From Clostridia bacterium (GTDB lineage: Bacteria; Bacillota; Clostridia; TANB77; UBA1234): a stretch of DNA of 30,930 nt. The position numbers and the translations under genes were made by a program. The notes beneath the pieces are model-generated. The model was not told where the DNA came from. It searched no databases and saw nothing but the letters and a program-made list of their open reading frames with translations. Below, piece after piece: positions 26,201 through 30,930 of the stretch. The first letter of the stretch is position 1. Each line of letters opens with the position of its first letter. The stretch spans positions 1 to 30,930 of the forward strand of contig JAFUGE010000004.1 of the NCBI GenBank assembly GCA_017469545.1. The letters are read 5' to 3'.

Positions 26201-28270
26201 ACTGTCCGCATAATGCTTATATGGATAAACCGTAAAGTACACACTTTCTTGCTCTCCATCAATATAGGAATTCAAAATCGTCACGCGAATTGTCTCCGGC
26301 AAAATATTCGTCTGTGATTTTGCCAAAATAAGTGGCACACGAATCGTCGCATTTCCAGAAGCATCTGTTGTCACTTTTCCGCTTTGCGCTTTCGCGCTAT
26401 TGCCATAGTAGCGATTATCGATTTCATATGAAAAATCCAAATTACCAAGTGGGGTGCCATCATAAGTAGAAGCAGAAATATCAATCGCTGCCGTATCGCC
26501 GTCTAAATATCTTGTGCTTTCTGGTTTAATTTCAATTTGATATTGCTTTAACTCATAATTTCTCACTTCAAAAGTTCTAGAACTTACTGCATTATCGCCA
26601 ATATATAGCGTTGCCGTGATATAGCTTTCTTGATTCACATCCGAAATCACAAACTCTGTTTCATAAGCCCCAACTTCATTTAATCTTAGCGGTATTTCTG
26701 CTAGCGTGTCGTCCCAATTGGAAACAATTTTCAAAGTCGCATTCTTTACTTCCACTTTTCTGTTCTTTGCATATCCCCAGAAGTGGACTGTCTCTCCCGG
26801 CTTGTAGTAATTCCTATCGACATACACATATCCATTATGAAATCTCGAAAGGGCTGTCAATGCATTCTCGCCAGAATATTCACTATCCACTTGATTGGAA
26901 ATATCGCAAATCAAATTGGTGTTACCATTCTTAAATTCAATATAATTAATTTCTTTCTCTAAATTCTTGATCGTATTTCGAAAGCTTTCTACGTATAGAA
27001 GTCCTTCCTCAGATGTCGTGCCAAGCTTTTCTTGGTTCACATAGACGTCGACACTGTTATTCTTGCCGTCCTTACCTTTATATAAAATCATGAAATTATC
27101 ATTGGCAAGCGTCGAGCAAGTTGCCGTCGCTTCATTGACTTGAAATAGCGCGCTACTTAATTTATCGTTGATGTTCAAAATTGCTAAATAGTAGCCCTCT
27201 TTTTCTATCCTCAAATTCGCCTCGATTGGAAGCTCGTCGTAGTAATAATATCTACTTTTCGCCTTAGCGTCATTGTAAGCATTGGTCATTTCGCCTTTGA
27301 TATCTTTTGTAAAAATGGTCGTATATCCCTTTGCATTGTAATAGTTTGTCAAACTTTCCAAATCATTCACATCTTTGATTGCCTTGATAAAATTCTCTTT
27401 TGAGCCCAAATCAATAATCTTTATCTTGGCTTCTTTGATAGACAAACTCTTATTCAAATTCATACTTAGGCCTAGCTGAAAATCAATTGGATCGTTTGGC
27501 TGGTAACGGTTCAAAAGCATCAAGCTTGCTGAAACATCTTCTTCATTACTAATCGAAAACTGAAATGTATAATCTTCTTTTAATTCATTTCCGTCAATAT
27601 CTTTCAAACCCCTTTTAATTCTTATCGTATAGGTAGTATTCTTTTCGAAATGTTTATCGTGCTCAAAACGATAATTGTATGTATAACTATTCTTCCACTC
27701 TCCAGATATTTGAGGCTCTATCGTAATGTAATCCTTAAGTCTTACATCCTCCGCAATTTTGCTGTTGAATCGAATCTCGGGAACGCCCGTCTCCGTAAGG
27801 ATTTCTTGATTAGCAGGATAGGTATAATCCACACTAAAAATCTTTTCCGTTTGGAATGCCCACTTTTTCGTACCACTTGCCGTGCTCTCAATAATGTTAT
27901 AAATCTGGTCGTCCTCCAAAGCCTCTTTCGTTGTTAATTGATAATACTTCGGATTAATTTGCACCACGTCCAATTCCCTATAAGGCTTGATACTAAACGT
28001 ATTTTCCACATACTCCTGCGTCACCTCTTCGTCAAAACGAACGGAAAAACTAGCCGTAACAGGAATGATACTCCCCGTCTCTTCGCTAGCACTAACCTCT
28101 GCCTCAGCCGCCTTATCAAAAACAATTCTCTCTTTCTTCGGCGTCACACTATCCATAAAAGCCACCCTTTCATCGTACACTAACTCATTATCGCTAATTT
28201 CTGTATCGGCACAACCCGTAAGCAAAATCGCCCCTATGCCAAGTACTGCCAAAACTTTTGAAAATCTCAT
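23291..28270 (-). CDS. Alpha-2-macroglobulin-like / MG-domain giant lipoprotein (1659 aa), no thioester motif
   Basis: Lipoprotein signal MRFSKVLAVLGIGAILLTGC from ATG 28270, with AAGGGA 8 nt upstream (the ORF track starts 3 codons earlier). A2M-family block LRVTAFFESIVTDENGVAKIKVKLPDNITEWTIKAQAIS follows a Gly/acidic bait-like stretch. No CxEQ anywhere. Confidence 0.8.
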   Translation of the reverse strand: MRFSKVLAVLGIGAILLTGCADTEISDNELVYDERVAFMDSVTPKKERIVFDKAAEAEVSASEETGSIIPVTASFSVRFDEEVTQEYVENTFSIKPYRELDVVQINPKYYQLTTKEALEDDQIYNIIESTASGTKKWAFQTEKIFSVDYTYPANQEILTETGVPEIRFNSKIAEDVRLKDYITIEPQISGEWKNSYTYNYRFEHDKHFEKNTTYTIRIKRGLKDIDGNELKEDYTFQFSISNEEDVSASLMLLNRYQPNDPIDFQLGLSMNLNKSLSIKEAKIKIIDLGSKENFIKAIKDVNDLESLTNYYNAKGYTTIFTKDIKGEMTNAYNDAKAKSRYYYYDELPIEANLRIEKEGYYLAILNINDKLSSALFQVNEATATCSTLANDNFMILYKGKDGKNNSVDVYVNQEKLGTTSEEGLLYVESFRNTIKNLEKEINYIEFKNGNTNLICDISNQVDSEYSGENALTALSRFHNGYVYVDRNYYKPGETVHFWGYAKNRKVEVKNATLKIVSNWDDTLAEIPLRLNEVGAYETEFVISDVNQESYITATLYIGDNAVSSRTFEVRNYELKQYQIEIKPESTRYLDGDTAAIDISASTYDGTPLGNLDFSYEIDNRYYGNSAKAQSGKVTTDASGNATIRVPLILAKSQTNILPETIRVTILNSYIDGEQESVYFTVYPYKHYADSQVKFIVDENQYYLSFNEYLSLDNTVPANDNIKVVAKAYKTVRTVTGTRYNKYTKEMEDIVEYREVAESSYDKSFMVNMKDGKGTYTLANYKEDKNCYYRFYAYLMTENGKELALSYNGQIYSMSYKTVNSTTQYEEVEYVTPIINNELTYTLRYETNDKLKVGDEVYFYLQDSEGRRLNDYAMFDFYTLVVSADGNKIYHNQGERPHFTFTKEMGANVATYTILYDSLKTYVPTSNDIYSFYSMIRSDYFWRPTSQITLCEEELSLGIEVSFDKEVYEPKDEAEITIKVTSNGKGVKASVNLSALDTAYIDANGAVSSNIVSSLMNQYYIQSASNGTKAMTKFASNSARDTAVNEMAMMADEPEMAGGGGGDDSASVRDDLRVTAFFESIVTDENGVAKIKVKLPDNITEWTIKAQAISNDYKAVAAEKKIKVSKDFFVSVNHKDRYLVGEHFAFNIKSFSKTDSGKDMTFKVEILDAKDNVIEQNTLNEKVGDVLSYQVSKALETKGTYKIKITGTCGKSKDILIDEIEVTESLLDATIREDLVLQVGDKIAIVSPKGYLYILNTDIAKVLPTIFELSSSYNSDRNDTTLIASESARIFNNLVNGVEFEYAQKYSYVAEKNIFKVMKNSSDDARLALRMLATRALRIDSEEVIDKIEVRLGNQAALWAKVNMNTATLKELREEKESILKNTAKYTKENVLYLSLAFADIGAYDDALELYDIVKDAVTEKDETEFELKVILAIKLNLPEMEELYQAYLKKELLPENSDFVKLYYVQNAVSKNYKKGTLTLRINGKEEEVEVKNVGFTRKLIAGKDEIEVVAMSDNLKFMIEQYKPIDFATIPDNDYIISKSYSNSNAKVGDLVEVSIVVDNKKLYDEGHQYGFKIEDAIPNNMTFVEYLYGQNTNGYLRKQDGQKLTINCWNSYDPKWNPSAIRSEVKYKVRITNSGEQYEPGIIMLKYNDEIIDGYKK

Positions 28271-28365
28271 ACCCATCATCCCTTACCAAAAATTGTATCA
28301 AATTAATCATACACTATTATGACAGAAAAACAAATCATTTTGTTTCAAATCGTATGATTGCGTTT

Positions 28366-28392
28366 GCGGGCAGCGTGTTACGCTGCCCCTAC
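28366..28392 (-). repeat. REP-like hairpin, copy 8
   Basis: Plus strand GCGGGCAGCGTGTTACGCTGCCCCTAC. Confidence 0.9.
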
Positions 28393-28406
28393 AAATTCAA
28401 ATTTTA

Positions 28407-28435
28407 TTGACTGTCATGGTAAAGATATATATAAT
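28407..28435 (+). promoter_or_regulatory. dut sigma-A promoter
   Basis: TTGACT (28407..28412)-17 nt-TATAAT (28430..28435). Confidence 0.7.
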
Positions 28436-28448
28436 GAATACAGAAAAC

Positions 28449-28475
28449 GTAGGGGCAGCGTAATACGCTGCCCGC
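28449..28475 (+). repeat. REP-like hairpin, copy 9, in the dut 5' UTR
   Basis: GTAGGGGCAGCGTAATACGCTGCCCGC, ending 5 nt before AAGGAGG. Confidence 0.9.
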
Positions 28476-28494
28476 AAATCAAGGAGGTAACAAA

Positions 28495-29004
28495 ATGAGA
28501 ATAAGAGGATTTGAAGTATGCAAAGGATTCGAAGACAAAGACATCACTTTGCCAATCAGAAAAACAAAAAATTCCGTAGGATACGACATCGAAGCCGCAG
28601 AAGATACGGTAATTCCGTCTATGTGGAAAACCATATTTGAAAACGTCAAAAAATTCATATCAGGCAATCACGAATACGAACCAATCAAACCAACACTTGT
28701 CAAAACAGGCGTCAAAGCCTATTTTCAAGAAGACGAAGCATTATTCTTGGCCAATAGAAGTTCCAACCCAGGCAAAAAAGGCTTAATCCTAGCAAACAGC
28801 ATAGGTGTAATCGAATGCGACTACTATGGAAACCCAGACAACGACGGCCATATTATGTACGCCTACTACAACTTCTTCCCAGTAGACACGACAATCAAAA
28901 AGCACGAACCAATCGGCCAAGCATTCTTCCAAAAATTCTTAATCACAGACGACGACAAAGCCACAGGCGAAAGAATGGGCGGATTTGGAAGTACAGATAA
29001 ATAG
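28495..29004 (+). CDS. dut: dUTP diphosphatase (trimeric dUTPase family)
   Basis: All five dUTPase motifs: SVGYDI, NRSSNP, GVIECDYYGN, PIGQAFF, GGFGSTDK. Confidence 0.88.
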   Translation: MRIRGFEVCKGFEDKDITLPIRKTKNSVGYDIEAAEDTVIPSMWKTIFENVKKFISGNHEYEPIKPTLVKTGVKAYFQEDEALFLANRSSNPGKKGLILANSIGVIECDYYGNPDNDGHIMYAYYNFFPVDTTIKKHEPIGQAFFQKFLITDDDKATGERMGGFGSTDK

Positions 29005-29030
29005 GCTTATTGGGGAAATGTAGTTTTTTC

Positions 29031-29094
29031 GTGGCGGGTTGAAAAGGCGAAGCCACGGCTGAGCGCCGTAGGCGATCAACGGACAGCCCGCCAC
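29031..29094. other. GC-rich structured island of unknown function in a convergent intergenic gap
   Basis: Outer stem GTGGCGGG/CCCGCCAC encloses the hairpin GCCACGGC-TGAGC-GCCGT(A)GGC. A T-run precedes it and an A-run follows, the reverse of a terminator. Confidence 0.4.
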
Positions 29095-29114
29095 AAAAAC
29101 ACTTGTTATCCGTT

Positions 29115-30038
29115 CTAAATTTCCATTTCCATCTCTTGATGCCTCTTTATCCTCTCCAAAACGGCTTTGTCACTAATCACATCTTCTATCTCACCATCCG
29201 CAATACTGCCATTTTTCGTATAATTCACAATTGCGCTCGCCTCATTTTTGAACTGCTGCATATAGTAACGATCTGCCATCAAACTATTTCTATCAATTTC
29301 CAAACCTCTATTTTTCAAATCCAGCGTAGACGGACAAGCCATTACTTCAGCATCCGGAAAATATTTCTTAAAACTCAAAATCGCTCTCCTACAATGAAAA
29401 GAAGAAGTAATAACCATAATCTTCTTCACTTTGTGAACTTTTCCCTCCTCCTGTAGCTCGTCCAATAATTTCCTGGAATACTGCAAATTCTGCACTGTAT
29501 TCATAGAGTCCTTTTCCAAAAACATCTTATCGTCCGGAATACTCACAACATCCTGACTCGCCTTCATAATCTTATAAGCAATCTGCGCCTCCGTCTCATT
29601 TAGTGCCTGTTTCAACCTTTTGCCCATATATTTGTACAAGGCCTTCCCCTTTTTGCCACTTACCTCCGTCTGTTGCATCCCATCAAAAATCGTATGTTTC
29701 AAGGCAAGCTTCATTTCCTTATACTTCTTCGCCTTTAGCTGCAAATATGCATACTTCTCGCCCTCATTCTTAAAAGCTTTGTTCTCCACCTTAAAAAGTT
29801 TGTGCCAGCCATTGCCCCCAGAAAGTAGCACATACTCGCCATATCCTTTCTGGTAAAGCTGCATCATTTTTACCACTCTCGCCTTAAGTGGAACCGGAGA
29901 ACATCCAAGCACAATCAAAAAATCTGGATTGTTCTCAGGCAAAGGTTCTTCCCCTGCATAATCCACAATGCCGCTCATTACCAAATCATACATATCATTA
30001 TCCGTTAACTTCTTAAGATCTAAATCAGAAAATTTCAT
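29115..30038 (-). CDS. DUF218 / YdcF (ElyC/SanA-like) family protein
   Basis: FLIVLGCSPVPLKARVVKMMQLYQKGYGEYVLLSGGNG and IMVITSSFHCRRA motifs. ATG 30038 with AGGGAGG SD. The ORF-track start 30077 is an over-extension. Confidence 0.8.
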   Translation of the reverse strand: MKFSDLDLKKLTDNDMYDLVMSGIVDYAGEEPLPENNPDFLIVLGCSPVPLKARVVKMMQLYQKGYGEYVLLSGGNGWHKLFKVENKAFKNEGEKYAYLQLKAKKYKEMKLALKHTIFDGMQQTEVSGKKGKALYKYMGKRLKQALNETEAQIAYKIMKASQDVVSIPDDKMFLEKDSMNTVQNLQYSRKLLDELQEEGKVHKVKKIMVITSSFHCRRAILSFKKYFPDAEVMACPSTLDLKNRGLEIDRNSLMADRYYMQQFKNEASAIVNYTKNGSIADGEIEDVISDKAVLERIKRHQEMEMEI

Positions 30039-30054
30039 AACAGACCTCCCTCTT

Positions 30055-30065
30055 GCGGGTAGCGT
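30055..30065 (-). repeat. Half REP (one arm only) abutting the DUF218 SD
   Basis: Plus strand GCGGGTAGCGT, identical to the left arm of copy 10 located 52 nt away. Confidence 0.6.
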
Positions 30066-30106
30066 TCTTGATACCACTCAGCAGTAACATCTCTACCACT
30101 CATTTT

Positions 30107-30133
30107 GCGGGTAGCGTAATACGCTACCCCTAC
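30107..30133 (-). repeat. REP-like hairpin, copy 10 (compensated variant)
   Basis: Plus strand GCGGGTAGCGTAATACGCTACCCCTAC, 5 nt after the ATP-grasp stop. Confidence 0.9.
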
Positions 30134-30138
30134 GATTA

Positions 30139-30930
30139 CTAAAACATCAAATTAATCGCTCCACTATATATACGTTTTGCAATTTCTCGCCCACTTGGCA
30201 CTTGCTCTATGAATTTATTCATACAAACGCTTGAGTTAACCTCTAGCACCATTAGCTCACCATTCACTTTCACCAAATCCACACTAGCAAACCTAATATC
30301 AATTGCACTCGCTACTCTCAAAGCAAGTTCACTTAAGCGCTTTCTCTCGTCCTCATCCTCGATTATTCTTGCCACCGCGCCATTAGAAAGATTATGCCTC
30401 CACTTGTCTCCCGTTCTCTCTTTTGAAAAAATAACCTCAACGGCTCCCTCCAAAACAATCACTCTATACTCCGCCTCAATATTCAAAAACGGGCAAATCA
30501 CAGCCGTATCCTTTCTCTCAAAAATCTTGTCTAAATCCTCCCTCACTTCCTGGTAACTATTGGCACGATAAACCTGCAAACCATTCGATCCACACGTATC
30601 CTTCACAACCACTTCTCTGTGCTTGTTCAAATAATCCTCAAGCTCTTCTCTGTCAATCAAATCAGAAGAATAATTCTCCAAATAGCCCTCACGATACATC
30701 AAGCAATGCTCAACCACAGGAATACCAGCATTTTCAAGCACTTGATACAACGCATACTTATCCACACAAATCGTAGCCGAACTATAACTATTTATCGGAA
30801 AACGCATCCCCACGATAAACTTCGCCCTACCATCCTTAGAAAGCTTCATAATCCAATCCTTAGAAAGCAGTCTAAAATCAATATTCTTCTCCTCACAAAT
30901 TTCTTTTATCAATCCTTGAAAATTATCCAT
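30139..30930 (-). CDS. ATP-grasp domain protein (RimK-like ligase family)
   Basis: 263-aa ORF whose ATG is the last triplet of the window, so the true start could lie beyond it. It has the ATP-grasp pattern (VVKDTCGSNGLQV ... AEYRVIVLEG ... ASVDLVKVNGELMVLEVNSS). Confidence 0.7.
   Translation of the reverse strand: MDNFQGLIKEICEEKNIDFRLLSKDWIMKLSKDGRAKFIVGMRFPINSYSSATICVDKYALYQVLENAGIPVVEHCLMYREGYLENYSSDLIDREELEDYLNKHREVVVKDTCGSNGLQVYRANSYQEVREDLDKIFERKDTAVICPFLNIEAEYRVIVLEGAVEVIFSKERTGDKWRHNLSNGAVARIIEDEDERKRLSELALRVASAIDIRFASVDLVKVNGELMVLEVNSSVCMNKFIEQVPSGREIAKRIYSGAINLMF

Noticed and set aside
23367-28322. Plus-strand ORFs inside the A2M-like gene (e.g. 24845..25231, 27650..28322)
   Set aside because: They are antisense shadows of a continuous 1659-codon gene, have odd composition (His/Arg/Phe-rich) and show no translation signals.
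9626-30133. Could the repeated GCGGGCAGCG...CCCCTAC units be a CRISPR array?
   Set aside because: The copies are separated by 50 bp to several kb of ordinary genes, occur in both orientations, and are internally palindromic with variable loops. There are no regularly spaced unique spacers and no cas genes.

Overview
AT-rich Firmicute chromosomal segment, Clostridia-like because cotJ spore-coat genes are present, and coded almost entirely on the minus strand. The core (22919 down to 12253) is an S10-spc ribosomal protein cluster: rpsJ-rplC-rplD-rplW-rplB-rpsS-rplV-rpsC-rplP-rpmC-rpsQ-rplN-rplX-rplE-rpsN(Zn type)-rpsH-rplF-rplR-rpsE-rplO-secY. It has no rpmD (L30). It ends at an intrinsic terminator after secY instead of continuing into adk-map-infA-rpoA. 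Downstream on the minus strand lie trpS, cotJA-cotJB-cotJC (cotJC frameshifted), a MazG-like NTP pyrophosphatase, an XRE regulator divergent from a small membrane protein, tsaC/sua5, a frameshifted PG-binding M14 peptidase, a few orphan ORFs, an ABC ATPase/permease pair and a partial MATE exporter. Upstream of the S10 promoter lie a 1659-aa alpha-2-macroglobulin-like lipoprotein without a thioester motif, dut (plus strand), a DUF218/YdcF protein and an ATP-grasp protein. The most unusual signal is non-coding. A dense family of GC-rich hairpins with a GTAG head (5'-GTAGGGGCAGCG-TAATA-CGCTGCCCGC-3') has about 13 copies, all intergenic, with compensatory stem variants. Three copies sit inside the ribosomal operon and three abut Shine-Dalgarno sequences. 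This is the architecture of REP elements, which are poorly described in low-GC Gram-positives. Other items: two identical 64-bp palindromes bracketing the XRE/membrane cassette, a composite palindrome next to trpS, a structured leader of about 200 nt before rpsJ, and a Zn-ribbon form of L24. No rRNA, tRNA, CRISPR array or transposase gene was seen. All calls rest on reading the sequence and on family knowledge; no searches were run.
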